A stretch of 63,262 nt of DNA, the filler included, from Chiloscyllium plagiosum (Eukaryota), in assembly GCF_004010195.1 (NCBI RefSeq). It is 4 parts of one record of this genome, joined end to end, with 100 filler letters (N's around TTAATTAATTAA, not from the genome) between each part and the next. Parts side by side here need not be neighbours in the genome. Positions count along the whole stretch, not along the records: positions 17,473 to 45,716 come from NC_057712.1; 3 more parts are not named here. The stretch is one strand, 5' to 3'. The notes beneath the pieces were generated by a model. The model was not told where the DNA came from and did no database searches. It worked only from the letters and a program-made list of their open reading frames with translations. A program made the translations under genes and the position numbers. Shown here piece after piece: positions 24,130-37,385 of the stretch (its first letter is position 1; each line of letters opens with the position of its first letter).

Positions 24130-26463
24130 CTGGATAAGAAGAATCACATTGTTAATTGTCTCCTCTAAATATATTTAGACCTGAAAAGATGTAACTTAAG
24201 TCAATTCGCCTGACTTTATTTAGAATCTGGTGTTGACAATACACACTGTCCTCAGAAAGATACACAGTTCAGAACTTTGAAATAGCCTGTAGTGTGACTG
24301 CCCTGAAACAGCCTGTATCTTGCAACTGTTTAGACAACAAAAGACTGTTAACCAACTGTTCTTTGTCAAATTCACAATTACATTTGATTTACAATCATAC
24401 GCTTTACAATAATAAACCGATATCCCAACATCATCTTCAGAAGGAAAAAGCTTTTCCGGAGGTCCTCTCTTCGACCACTTACTTGGCATTTTTGGACATA
24501 AGCAATCACAGGATGGATTTTCAAAGTTTCTTACAATTAGTGATTATTTAATCTGTTATGCTCATATAATTAGTATTAGCACCTTTGATGGAATTGCAAC
24601 ATGGGCTATTTCATCCCGTGGTTTTCTAAATACAGTTACTCCACTCCCCGTCATTGGTTGCCTGTTAAATCAGTCAACACCGATGTAAACAATAACTATA
24701 ATCCAGAATCGTCTTTATCCACCACATTATTTTAGGAAAGCACTGTATTCTGGACAGGGTACAGTCATGCGGTTTGTGAATCAGAAAAGGGCAAGAAAGT
24801 TGTTCATATAATTTCTCTTTAGGATTGCTGCAATATCTGGGGAACTATCCTTAAATTCAGGAAGATTCCAGAATAATTCAGGAGACACAGCAAGTCTGAA
24901 TTTATCCTAACAAAAACCCAGAATTACAACTCACAGAAAACAAATCACAACGAAGTTTAAGTGACAAGTGCACAACATTCATATTGAAACACTGCAAACA
25001 AAGTTTAAATCAGTCAGTAAGTTTATTTTGGATTTTAGTTGTTTTTTCCACAAACAGATGCACGGATTACTACATGGATTTCTGAAATACCAAGTAGTTT
25101 CTCCTTAGTATTTGAAACTGAACAAACATCAATCATGGCTTCTTAGTTGCACAGAATGACAACATTATTTTTTGCCAGAACAGAGATGTTTGGTAATTCC
25201 TTCACCGATTACTCCTGGAGGTAGTGGTATGGACTGATTTTGCATTTTTAATCTGTGTTATGCAATTGTCCTCCACTCAGTCTTAATCTCCTTCCAGCCC
25301 ATTGGTTGATACTGTCAGATAAATAATCATGCTTTTCCATAGATATTCTATTTGAAATATTTCAATATCGCATTAGTAGATGATTTAATTTTTTTTTTAA
25401 ATTGTTGTTTTTCTTAGGTAAACCAAAGAAAACAATGTTATCTTATCTATGAACTGCTTTTTATCACTGTTTTCAAATCAGGAATATAAAATATCTCCAA
25501 AAAACTCTCAGCAGAGACTGAAAACAGAAATATCACAAAAGGTTTGATTGACAGACTATTGGGACATGAGGAAATACATTATTAACTGTTGAAGAATATA
25601 CTCAAAGGTTTACTTTTAAGCTGGTTATGATGTATATTGAATTGATTAAATTCAATTCCAAAAGGTTACAAGATTAGTGACAGACCAAAAGTAAATGTTG
25701 TTTTAAATAGCTTCATGGATACTATAGGAGAGAAAGGAGAAAATAAGAGCAAATAGATCAAAGAGGCAAGCATAAAATCTTCTGGACAAGCTCTTCACAT
25801 CACATGCAAGATGGAAGATTAGCAAAGGTCACAGAAATTGAGAACATAAATGCAAGTTGAAGGTTTCAATTTTAAAGATGCAATCGATATACAGCATATG
25901 TTTATATCTAATGGTTATATAGCTGTACAAATATGTGAAACAGAATACTAAATTTAGCCACAAAATCAGCCTGAAATATTACAAATGCCTTCAATATGTT
26001 CCCTTATTATATATAGGCTTTCCTGGGATAGGAGTTCATTTCTTTCCCCAGGTTCCTCAGGTAAAAAGCTCTGAACAAGTGCCAGACTTCCTAAAGCATT
26101 AATGTTAATGCATATCTCTTTCATAGACAACTTCAAGGAGGCATTTAAAGCTCTCTCCTTATTACAATAGTTAAATATCAGTTGTAGCTTTGTCATAATT
26201 TTCTTTGATAAATGGAGCCATATACATGAGTGCCATTCCAGATTTTAATACCCTTCAAGTGCATTACTCTTCAACAGAATGGCACTCTCTCAGCAATGTT
26301 AAAGAAGAGGAAATAGATCAAGTCTTTGAGTATGCTCTTAAATGAATGTTATTTGACAAGTAAAGAAATTTGAGTGATGTCCTGGCCAATGCTTTACTCC
26401 TCATACCAGCTATTCAACAGAAGAACACAAGATATCTGGTCTGAACAATAATTCTGCAAACTG

Positions 26464-28380
26464 GATGTGGCTGAAGCATTCACAGTAATCTTCAGCCAAA
26501 AGTGCCAAGTGGACGATTCATCTTGGCTTCCTCCAGTGCTCTCCAGCATTACAGATGCCAGTCTTCAGCCAATTAGATTCACTCCACGTGATATCAAGAA
26601 ATGGTTGGAGACACTTGATACAAAAAAGGCAATGGGCCCTGACAATATTTCGACAATAGTACTGAAGACTTGTACTCCAGAACCTGCCACTCCCCTAGCC
26701 AAGATGTTCCAGTACAGCTACAACACTGGCATTTACCCGACAATGTAGATAATTGCCCAGGTATGTTTTGTACATAAAAAGCAGCACAAATCCAACTCAG
26801 CCAATTAATGCCCCATCAGTCTACTCTTGATCACGGACAGTCCAGAACTAGAGGGCATAGGTTTAGGCTGAGAGAAGAAAAGATAATAAAAGGGACCTAA
26901 GGGGCAACTTTTCACGCAGAGGATGGTGTGTGTGTGGAATGAGCTGCCAGAGGAAGTGGTACAATTGCAACATTTAAAAGGCATCTAGTTGGACTTATCA
27001 ATAGGAACAGATTGGAGGGATATAGGCCAGGTGCTGCCAAACGGGACTAGATTAGTTTGGGATATCTGGTCGGCATGGACGAGTTAGACCGAAGGGTCTG
27101 TTTCCGTGCTGTTTATCTCTGTGACTCTAAAGTGACAGGATGTCATCAACAATGCTATTAAGCAGCACCTGCTCAGTTATGCCCAGTTTGGGTTTTGCCA
27201 GGACCACTCAGCTTTGGCTCAATCATGGACAAAAGAGCTGAAATCCAGAGGTGAGATGGGAGTGACAACCCCTGACATCAAGGCTGCATTTGAACAAGTG
27301 TGGCATCAAGGAATCCTCGCAAAACTGGAATCAATGGGTATCAGGGGTCAAACCCTCTGCTAGTTGGAGTCATGCCTGGCCCAAAGGCTGTTGGAGGTCA
27401 GTCATCTCAGCTCTAGGATATCTCTGTGGGGGTTTCTCAAGGTAGTGTCCAAGGCCCCACCATCTTCAGGTGCTTCATCAATGACCTTCTGCCCATCATC
27501 AATCAGAAGTGGGGATGTTCGCCAATGATTGCACCACGTTCAGCACCATTCGTGACTCCTCAGATACTGAAGTCCATGTTCAAATGCAACAAGATCTGGA
27601 CAATATCCAGGCTTGGACTGACAAGTGATAAGTAACATTCGTGCCACACAAATGCCAGGCTGTGACCATCGCCAACAAAAGACAAACTAACCACCACGCC
27701 TTGACATTCAATGGTTTTATCATCACTGAATTCCCCATCATCAACATTCCTAGGGATTACCATTGACCAGAAATTCAACTCAACTCATCACATAAATAGA
27801 GTGGCTACAAAAATAGGTACAGGCTCGAAATAGTGGCAAATAACTCACCCCCTGTCTCCCCAAAGCCTCTCCATCACTTGCAAGGCACAAGTCAGGAGTG
27901 TGATTGAATAAACCTGTGTGATTGAGTGCAGCTCTAACAGCTCTCAAGAAACTTGACACCATCCAGGACAAAATAGCATGCATGACTGGCACTACATCCA
28001 CAAGTATTCACTCCTTCCACCACTGACACTGAATAGCAGCAGCTGTGTATTATCTACAAGATGCACTGCAGAATTTCAGTAAAGATTCTCAGACAGCACC
28101 TTCCAAACCCACAACCTTCTATCTAGAAGGACAAGGGCAGCAGATATATGGGAACACCATCACCTTCAAGTTCCCCTCTATGTCACTCACCATCTTGACT
28201 TGGAAATACATTACCATTTCTTGACTGTCACTGAGTCGAAATCCTGGAATTCCCTCCCTAATGACTTTGTAGGTCAGCCCACAGCAGGTGGACTGCAGCA
28301 GTTCAAGAAGGCAGCTGACTAGATGGGGCAATAAATGCTGGCCAGCCAGTGACGCCCTCATCCTGTAAATGAATAAAACA
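26464..28380 (+). mobile_element. 5'-truncated LINE of a second CR1/L2-group family, with a nested CR1 3' fragment at about 26836-27128
   Basis: KAMGPDNI, PISLL, DIKAAF, GVSQGSVQGPTIFRCFINDL; 3' end gggcaataaatgctggcc...aaatgaataaaa. Confidence 0.85.
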
Positions 28381-28927
28381 CCTATACGCCTGCAGAAATG
28401 CACGAAACTGGCAATCATGATTCTTGTTCAAATTCTCAGAAATGTTTACAAAACTTTGATAAAAGACACTACCTTCTGACCTGTAATGCCTTCACCTGTT
28501 TCACTTTCCAAGGAGGCTGACTTAATCAATTTTTGGGAAAGCCATGTCCCTTTTGAACATGGAGAAGATTCTCATATGAATCCTCCTGAATGACCTTCAA
28601 GAGGCCCAATGTGATTTCCATACATCCAGTGTAACCACAGACTTGATCTTTGTTGGTTAGTCGATCCAAGAAAAGTGTCTGGTACAACAGAGAAAGGTTT
28701 ACATGACCATCATTTATTTGTCAAAGACCATTGAGTTGATCAAACACGAAACCCTTTGGAAATTCCATCAGAAACTTGGATTATCTTGCAAAATCTGTTA
28801 CTATCCTGCAACTGCTACATGACAGAATAATAGCAACCATTCTTTGAAATGGATTGAAAATTAAGCTTTTCATATCTGGACAGGGTCAAGCATGGCTGCA
28901 TGGTAATACCAACTCCACACAATATCC

Positions 28928-29030
28928 AAAACAAAAACAGAAATTACTGGAAAAACTCAGCAGGTCTGACAGTATCTGTGGAGAGAGATCAAAGTTAATG
29001 TTTCAGGCCCAGTGATCCTTCCTCAAAACT
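28928..29030 (-). mobile_element. Penelope-derived pseudo-LTR fragment, third family (also 40317-40417 -, 44333-44437 +)
   Basis: Shared ~100-bp unit starting with a degenerate (C)TGAGGA...GAAAC hammerhead-like core. Confidence 0.6.
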
Positions 29031-29347
29031 CATTCACACGGTATCTAATTCATTCTGATCTTGGAACTCATTTATGACAAGGGATCATAATGGTGTTTCT
29101 ACTTGACAGGAAATTTTCAACCTCAACAGGCTGATGGTTAAGACTAAGGTAACTGCCCAGCATAAACAGATATTAACAATATACCCAAGATTATGTTGCT
29201 GTTGCCCACAGAACAAGCAATATTCAGACAGTGGTCAAACTAAATTTTTCCTGCAAAGATTCATTCTGAGATTTCTTGATGGCTACCATTTGATTTTTGA
29301 GGGCTATTTTTACTTTATTAGTAATTCCAAAATTAGGTGAGACACAG

Positions 29348-29561
29348 GGAGAGAGTGAGGACTACAGATGCAAGAGATCAGAGTACAAAAGTGTGGTAGT
29401 GAAAAGGTACAGCAAGTCAGGCAGCATCCGAAGTGCAGGAAAACCGATGTTCCAGGCATAAGCCCTTTACCTGAAGAAGGGCTTATGCTCGAAACGTTGA
29501 TTTTTCTGCTCCTCGGATGTTGCCTGACCTGCTGTGCTTTTCCAGCGCCACACTCTTCTAC
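29348..29561. mobile_element. Fold-back (inverted dimer) Penelope-derived element with central hammerhead core
   Basis: Two opposed copies of the 17753-type unit meeting at about 29469; core CTGAAGAAGGGCTTATGCTCGAAACGTT at 29471-29498; degenerate 15-bp TSD (12/15) at 29333-29347 and 29562-29576. Confidence 0.85.
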
Positions 29562-29599
29562 TTAGGTAAGATGCAGTCAGTAGTAACATTATTTTCTAT

Positions 29600-30115
29600 T
29601 AGCGAGTTTTGAGAAGATTTGTAGCTCAGATTGAGGTTATGGATGTAGGTTTGCTTGCTGACCTGGAAGGTTTGTTTTCAGACATTTTGACACCATACTA
29701 GGTAACATCATCAGTGAGCCTCTGGATGAAGTGCTGGTGGTATGGCCTGCTTTCTATTTGTGTGTTTGGGTTTCCTTAGGTTGGTGATGTCTTTTCCTAT
29801 GGTGATGTCATTTCCTGGACTTTTTCTCAGGGGGTAGTAAATGGGATCCAAGTCAATGTGTTTGCTGATAGGATGCCATGCTTCTAGGAATTCTCATGTG
29901 TGTCTCTGTTTGAGTTGTCCTAGGATGGATATGTTGTCCCAGTCGAAGTGGTATCCTTCCTCATCTGTATGTAAAGATACTAGTGAGAGTGGTAATGTCT
30001 TTTTGTGTCTAGTATCTTTCTCCAGAGTGCTTCATCCAGAGGCTCACTGATGACGTTACCTAATGTGGTGACAAAATGTCTGAAAACCTTCCTGCTCAGC
30101 AAGCAAACCTACATC
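29600..30115 (-). mobile_element. Penelope-like element (second family, Poseidon-like) 3' end with inverted pseudo-LTR
   Basis: Minus translation HTDEEGYHFDWDNISILGQ...EFLEAWH...KHIDLDPIY (GIY-YIG tail). 30027-30116 is an inverted copy of 29640-29735. TSD-like CATTATTTTC at 29587 and 30116. Confidence 0.8.
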
Positions 30116-30789
30116 CATTATTTTCAATATTTTTGTTGATATATGGGTATTTGGATTCCCAGAGCAGAAAAGATCATGAATATGCTCAATAACATCAAGA
30201 TTTTTTTTTTCCCATTTTAATCACTACTGTGATGTTTAGGAAATTTAAACTTAAATCCACATTACACAAGGAAATTTTTAAAATTAACAGTCAAAAGTTA
30301 GACATTATGTTTGCATAAAATAGAAACACAATTCATGAAAAGCACATTAATTTGAAAAGACTTAGTTTTCTGTGACTTCAGGTTTTCCTGTACCACAGTT
30401 AGCTAGATATTTAGTTGTTGACTAGTTCCTATTGGCAGTCACCCTCTCGATTTCCCATCTCCTCTCCTTTCTCGAAATCCAGTTCTAGCGTCATCCAGCA
30501 CATTTGCGCTTCTACTGACTTTTCTGATAAATTGAATTTTCCCACCCCCTGATTTTGCTTGGGAGACTTGCTCCCCCTTGACCTCACCAGTCTGGTTCAC
30601 CACAGGTGCTCCTCCAAGTATAGGCTGTTTTCATCCCCCTCCTGCTGATGATAGGCATAACAGTGAATCAACTGGTAGTAAATGTAGGAGGGGTGGGGGA
30701 ACAAGAGAGAGATTGTCCCAAGATTGGATGAGCAGCTCCTTTCAATTTTCACTTCCAGTAAGAGGGGACTCTTCATGAGTCACCCTTGT

Positions 30790-31765
30790 TTCATTTTACT
30801 GAGGTGATTCGGTCTTTTCTGGGGTCAATCTCACCCTTCACTGCATTGTATTTTGCTTGCTGCATTCAGACAACTCTCAATTTCTCCAAATCCACAGGGT
30901 TGGTGATTTACTCAACATCAGTAAGACCAAAGTCCTGCACTAACCCTTCCTGGGGCAAGGACCTAAACCTCCAATATTGTTACTAATCAGCAAACTTCAT
31001 AAATCATTCCATATCTCAGCAGTAATCTTTCTCAAAAGTTCATATTTGAAGAAGAAATTCAGCACAAAACCACCTGTGCCCATATGACCTTCCAAAATTC
31101 AGGATCTTTGACACCAGAGATCTCTATAAAGGAAAAAAGGCTTTTATCTGCAACATTGTTTCATCCTATGGAAGCATTATGAGAAAGTGAGGACTGCAGA
31201 TGCTGGAAATCAGAGTCAAAAAATGTGAAGCTGGAAAAGCACAGCAGGTCAGACAGCCTCCGGGGAGCATGAGAATCAACCTTTTGGGAGTAAGCCCTTC
31301 ATCAGCAATCTCTGAAAGGTTTATGCCTGAAACGTTGACTCTCCTCTCCTCGGATGCTGCCTGAACCGCTGTGCGTTTCCAGCGTCACACTTTTCGACCT
31401 ATAGACACATTGCTGGGCAATGGAGGATTTCCACACTAGATGTCTACACAGGATACTCAAAGTCATGAGTAGCAAACAAATCCAGCCAAAGCCAGTTCCT
31501 TCAGCCATGATAATGCAAAACCAGCTCTGCTGGTCTGGACGCGTGCCGAAATAATTGACTTCTGCAGAAAATCCTCTTTTCATAGCGGAAGGATGGCATT
31601 TGCTTGAAAGGTAGACAGGTCATATTGACAAAAGGAGTAAATTGACATTGGTGCACATAAAGGTGCTAATTGACTTCAGTTCAAACATCCTGTCATCCAA
31701 CAAGCTGCAAAACAGTCAGAAATTGACTGGATAAACTCTCCTGCAAAAGAAGCAACAAAAACAGT
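30790..31765 (+). mobile_element. Very decayed RTE-like LINE fragment
   Basis: LNISKTKVL, FHTRCLHRIL and QL.WSGRV motifs are typical of RTE RT C-termini. Confidence 0.5.
31181..31398. mobile_element. Fold-back Penelope-derived element (degenerate hammerhead cores)
   Basis: Inverted dimer of the 17753-type unit centred at about 31307. Confidence 0.8.
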
Positions 31766-31767
31766 TA

Positions 31768-33218
31768 AAGATTGTTAAAAGTGGATAAATCTCCAGAACT
31801 GATCAGGTGTACCCGAGAACTCTGTGGGAAGCTAGAGAAGTGATTGCTGGGCCTCTTGCTGAGATATTTAGATTAGCTTAGATTACATTACAGCGTGGAA
31901 ACAGGCCCTTCGGCCCAACAAGTCCACACTGACCCGCCGAAGCGCAACCCACCCATGCCCTTACCTTTACCCCATACCTAACACTACAGGCAATTTAGCA
32001 TGGCCAATTCACCTGACCTGCACATCTTTGGACTGTGGGAGGAAACCGGAGCACCCGGAGGAAACCCANNNNNNNNNNNNNNNNNNNNNNNNNNNNNNNN
32101 NNNNNNNNNNNNNNNNNNNNNNNNNNNNNNNNNNNNNNNNNNNNNNNNNNNNNNNNNNNNNNNNNNNNNNNNNNNNNNNNNNNNNNNNNNNNNNNNNNNN
32201 NNNNNNNNNNNNNNNNNNNNNNNNNNNNNNNNNNNNNNNNNNNNNNNNNNNNNNNNNNNNNNNNNNNNNNNNNNNNNNNNNNNNNNNNNNNNNNNNNNNN
32301 NNNNNNNNNNNNNNNNNNNNNNNNNNNNNNNNNNNNNNNNNNNNNNNNNNNNNNNNNNNNNNNNNNNNNNNNNNNNNNNNNNNNNNNNNNNNNNNNNNNN
32401 NNNNNNNNNNNNNNNNNNNNNNNNNNNNNNNNNNNNNNNNNNNNNNNNNNNNNNNNNNNNNNNNNNNNNNNNNNNNNNNNNNNNNNNNNNNNNNNNNNNN
32501 NNNNNNNNNNNNNGGTGTAGTGGACAGTGAAGAGGGTTACCTCAGATTACAACAGGATCTGGACCAGATGGGCCAATGGGCTGAGAAGTGGCAGATGGAG
32601 TTTAATTCAGATAAATGCGAGGTGCTGCATTTTGGAAATCAAATCTTAGCAGGACTTATACACTTCATGGTAAGGTCCTAGGGAGTGTTGCTGAACAAAG
32701 AGACCTTGGAGTGCAGGTTCATAGTTCCTTGAAAGTGGAGTCGCAGGTAGATAGGATAGTGAAGGCGCTGTTTGGTATGCTTTCTTTTATTGGTCAGAGC
32801 ATTGAGTATAGGAGTTGGAAGGTCATGTTTGGCTATACAGGACATTGGATAGGCCACTTCTGGAATATTGTGCGCAATTCTGGTCTCCTTCCTATCAGAA
32901 AGATGTTGTGAAACTTGAAAGGGTTCAGAAAATATTTGCAAGGATGTTTCCAGATTTGGATGGTTTGACCTATAGAGAGAGTCTTAATAGGCTGGGGTGT
33001 CGAAGGTTGAGGGGTGACCTTAGAGGTTTATAAAATCATGAGGGGCATGGATAGGGTAAATAGACACAGTTTTTTCCCTGGGGTGGGGCAGTCCAGAACT
33101 AGAGGGCATAGATTTAGAGTGAGGGGAGAATGTTTTAAAAGGGACCTAAGGGGCAACTTTTTCTCACACAGCATGGTGTCTGTATGGAATGAGTTGCCAG
33201 AGGAAGTGGTGGATGCAG
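31768..33218 (+). mobile_element. CR1 RT/3' fragment interrupted by a V-SINE and an N-gap
   Basis: 31768-31869 matches 18245-18340; 32514-33218 encodes LQQDLDQMGQWAEKWQMEFN...RPLLEYCAQFWSP...WNELPEEVV. Confidence 0.8.
31868..32068 (-). mobile_element. V-SINE (HE1-like), 3' part, cut by gap
   Basis: Reverse complement of 53695-53885. Confidence 0.85.
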
Positions 33219-33425
33219 AGGAAGGGAGTTGCCTTTCCAAAATGGTAGCACCTCATATTTATCTAAATTAAACTCCATTTGCCACAGGGTCACCAATGAC
33301 AGTGGTGCTGCATTCAAAACAGAGGCTTGACAGTGGAGAGATGTCATTGGACTGGAAAAAAAAGTAGTAAAATCTATCTGGAGATATTTGCATATAAGAT
33401 AATTAGAAGTATCATCATTTAAAAA

Positions 33426-33617
33426 ATCCAAAAATGTGCAGGTTAGGTGAATTGGCCATGCTAAATTGCCTATAGTGTTAGGTAAAGGGGAAAATGTAGG
33501 GTAATAGGTCTGGGTGGGTTGCTCTTCGGAGGGTCGGTGTGGACTTGTTGGGCGAAGGACCTGTTTCCACACTAAGTAATCTAATCTAATCTAATCTAAT
33601 CTAATCTAATCTAATCT
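33426..33617 (+). mobile_element. V-SINE 3' half with expanded (AATCT)8 tail
   Basis: Matches 53730-53885; pentamer array at 33578-33617. Confidence 0.85.
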
Positions 33618-33619
33618 AT

Positions 33620-34590
33620 GACACAAAAACAGAATGCAAACTGGATGAATGTGGGAAGTGATCTTCCACAAAGATCAATGCTGGAATTGCTGCTGCTCAC
33701 TATTTACAGAACAATTTGACTTGGAAACAAAAACAATGTATGAATTTGCAGATTATACTAAATTGTGGGAGATTTTCAGTACGGAGGAAAACTGCAATAA
33801 ATTACAGGAGTATATAAATAAACTTGCAGAATGGGCAAGTGAAGTTCAAGACAGATAATGTAGTAGTACATTTTGGTAGGGAAGAATATGGAGGTCACTT
33901 ATAACTTGAAAGTTGCAAATGTAGGTGAAATCGAGGAACAACAAGATCTCTTGGATTAACCAATGAAAATTGCATCACAGGCTAGCAAGGCTATTAAAAA
34001 CAAATACCAAGCACTAAATTCTTTTGCAAAAGGAGTGGAATTGACAAAAAGGAAGTTATCCTAAACTTGTATCAAATGTTGCTGAGAGCAAACCTAATGT
34101 CTTGTGTGCAGTTTTGGTCAGTTTTGTATAGAAAAGATATGGAGACATAAGGTTCAAAAAAGATTTTCAAGAATGATACAGAAATATGCAGGTATACGTG
34201 AGACATAAGGATTTACTGGCTAAATCTCTTTTCTGTTCAACAAAACATGGTGAGGTCATAACAGAGGTCTATGAAAGGTTTTGATTGGGTGGATGCAGAG
34301 AGAATGTTTCCTCTTGGGGTGAAGAGCATAATTAGATATCATAAATATAAGATGGTCACTGGAAATCCAACAGAAGAATCTCCTTTATCTAAAGGTGTGG
34401 TATGCATAAGGAATTCCCTACCACAGGAAGTGGAAGAAGAGAATAGATACATTTAAGGGGACAACAGGAGACATAAGAATACAGATTGCAATAATAGACT
34501 GAGATGAGTAAATATGGGAGAACATAAGTGAAGACTAAACAGCTACATGGTTAGATCAAATGGCCTATTTCTTGTGATGTACACACTGTC
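33620..34590 (+). mobile_element. Old CR1 RT/3' fragment
   Basis: EFADYTKL...LQEYINKLAEWA, CVQFWS, NSLPQEV. Confidence 0.65.
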
Positions 34591-34649
34591 GAATCCTAAG
34601 TAAACAAGAGAAATGGTTTATAAAGGTGAAATTCACATCCTCCACAAGA

Positions 34650-35343
34650 GTTATAGAGTCACAGAGATGTACAGCATGGAAACAGACCCTTCGGTCCANN
34701 NNNNNNNNNNNNNNNNNNNNNNNNNNNNNNTCTAGTCATATACACATCCAAATGCCTCTTAAATGTTGCAATTGTACCAGCCTCCACCACATCCTCTGGC
34801 AGCCCATTCCACACAGGTACCACGCTCTGCGTGAAAAAGTTGCCCCTTAGGTCTCTTTTATATCTTTCCCCTCTCACCCTAAACCTGTGCCCTCTACTTC
34901 TGGACCCCCCCAATCCAGGGAAAATAGTGTGTCTATTTATCCTATCCATGCCCCTCATGATTTTACAAACATCTGTAAAGTCACCCCTCAGCCTTCAGCA
35001 CTCCAGGGAAAAGAGCCCCAGTCTATTCAACCTCTCCCTGTAGCTCAAATCCTCCAATCCTGGCAACATCCTTGTAAATCTTTTCTGAACCCTTACAACT
35101 TTCACACCATCTTTCTGATAGAAAGGAGACCAGAATTGCACACAATATTCCAACAGTGGCCTAACCAATGTCCTGTACAGCTGCAACATGACCTCCCAAC
35201 TCCTGTACTCAATACTCTGACCAATAAAGGAAAGCATACCAAGCGCCTTCTTCACTGTCCTACCTACCTGTGAATCCACTTTCAAGGAGCTATGAACCTG
35301 CACTCCAAAGTCTCTTTGTTCAACTACACTCCCTTGGTCCTTA
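34650..35343 (-). mobile_element. Young CR1 3' fragment
   Basis: LYRTLVRPLLEYCVQFWSP...RGHRFRVRGERY, 3'UTR to 34650. Confidence 0.9.
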
Positions 35344-36299
35344 AACCATGAATGAGGGAATATGCTAGAAAAGCTAGCAGCCCGAGTTGATCACCTGATT
35401 TACCCCCTTACAATGGCACTTACGCTATGTGCGGATACAGAACATCTATCAATGGCTAGGTCCCCTGGAAATCTCTCTTGTCTAGAAATTGATATCTCAT
35501 CTTTTGTCTCTTGAAACATGCCGCCACCATGATAACAATTCTCCAGAGAACCTTAAGGATAGCTTTTAACATTAAAAAAACGCACATAACAAAAGCATAA
35601 TGCCTATATGTGTTAGTTAATTAGTTTTAGGAAATACCCTCTCTATGTCCTGAACAGAATGGACTATTCACAGACCATTAATCACAAAGTACTAAGAGGA
35701 GAAATAGCTGTATCGAACCTTACACTTTATAACCAACTTCCGAACAAACACCAATATTACAAATCTTATAGCAACTAGTTAGAATTAACTGTCTTTTGTA
35801 TTTTTGCATACATAATTAGGATGGTGAGAAATGTAAGAGGAGTAATTGAATGGAATACAGTGAATAATAGAATTCAAACTGTCCTTTGACATAAGCCAAC
35901 CTGAGACAAGTCTGAGGGAGTGTGGCCATTAACTTTGGTATGCGAATGAATAGAATGCATAGATCATGGGAACCTGGGTATGCCCATCATTGATTAGGTA
36001 TTTTACAGGATTGAATGTATGGATTAGGAAGGAAGGGCTATAATCATGTTGTGAGGTCATTGTAGCACAAAATTATATACAATACTGTTTTTTTTACTGT
36101 ACAAGTTAGTGTGTGACATTGGTCTTTCTCTGATCTGAGCCAAAGATTAAGCAAACAAATCATGTTTGTATGTCAAGGCCAGATTCGAGGTGATCCTTTG
36201 GCCCTCTCCCTGCATTAAGTGGTTTCTGCTTGAATAATATTCCACTTGCCAGAATTCTGCCTGCCTCCTGAATTTTCATACCTGGTCAGGATTACGCTC

Positions 36300-37106
36300 C
36301 TACAGCTGCCTAAGGAAGAAGGGGCATTGTTGTGCCTTCTTGACCATTGCATCTACACGAGATGTCCAGGGCAGACTGTTGGTTATCATCACTCCTAGGA
36401 ACTTGACGCTCTCAACCCTCTCCACATCAGATCTGCATTTCCTCCTTTCTTCCTGAAGGCAATGATCAGTTCTTTTGTTTTGCTGACACAGAGAGAGATT
36501 GTTCTCATTGCACCATGATACTAAGCACTCTATCTCCTTTCTGTATTCTGACTCATCATTGATTGATATTTGGCCTACCACGGTGGTGTCATCAGCAAAC
36601 TTGCAGATGGCGTTCATAAGGAATTTGGCAACACAGTTGTGGGCTGATAGGGAGTGCAATAGGAGGTTGAAGACATGTCCTTGTGGGGTGGCATTGTTGA
36701 GGATTATTGTGGAGGAGGTGCTGTTGTCTACCTTCATTGACTGTGGTTGTGGATCAAGAAGCTGAGGATCCAGTCGCAGGGGGCAGAACTGAGATCTAGG
36801 TCTCAGACCTTTGAGATTAGGGATTATGGTGTTAAAGGTGGAGCTGTAGTCGATGAATAGGAGCTTGACATAGGTAGCCTTGTTATCCAGATAATGCAGG
36901 GATAATATAGGGTTAGGGAAATGGCATCTGCTACGAGCGCATGGAAAGGGAAATGGCATTCGCTGTGATCCTGTTTTGTCAGTAGGCAAATTGCATGGGA
37001 TCGAGGCAGGCTGGGAGCTAGAGTTGATGTGGGCCATGACCAACCTCTCAAAGCACTTCATGATTATAGAGGTCAGAGCCACTGGGCGGCAGTCATTGAG
37101 GTACAT
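36300..37106 (-). mobile_element. Rex1/Babar-clade non-LTR retrotransposon RT fragment
   Basis: LNDCRPVALTSIIMKCFERLV, LLFIDYSSTFNTIIP, KFADDTTVVG, KKAQQ..FLRQL are Rex1-type signatures. Confidence 0.85.
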
Positions 37107-37274
37107 TGCATGTGTTTACTATCAATGCTTAGGGGATTTTTAGTTGTATTTTCTGGAAATTAAAATTCAAGAAAATCAATGCAAAACTTCTTGGGAATAA
37201 ATGAAAAATTTCTGTGCTTTAAAATTAACAAAATAAATTTTGCTGCAGTTACATTATGGGTATTCTCTAATGAT

Positions 37275-37385
37275 AAGGGGTTTGTGATAATGGTAGCTTC
37301 CCTACTTCTAAGCCAGGAGTTCCAGGTTTAAATCCTACCTGCTCTAGAGGAGTGCAATAATACCTCTGAACAGGTTGATTAGTAC
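37275..37385 (+). mobile_element. Short tRNA-derived SINE fragment (second copy 43838-43950)
   Basis: A/B-box-like motifs followed by shared ACCTGCTC...GATTAG in both copies. Confidence 0.5.

Noticed and set aside
24478..24540. Minus-strand GTAAGT donor upstream of the SIPA1L2 exon (possible alternative exon)
   Set aside because: Nearby ATGs are not in phase with the phase-0 acceptor; no other support.
33578..33617. Short regular repeat array (CRISPR- or telomere-like)
   Set aside because: No spacers; it is the (AATCT)n SINE tail in a vertebrate sequence.
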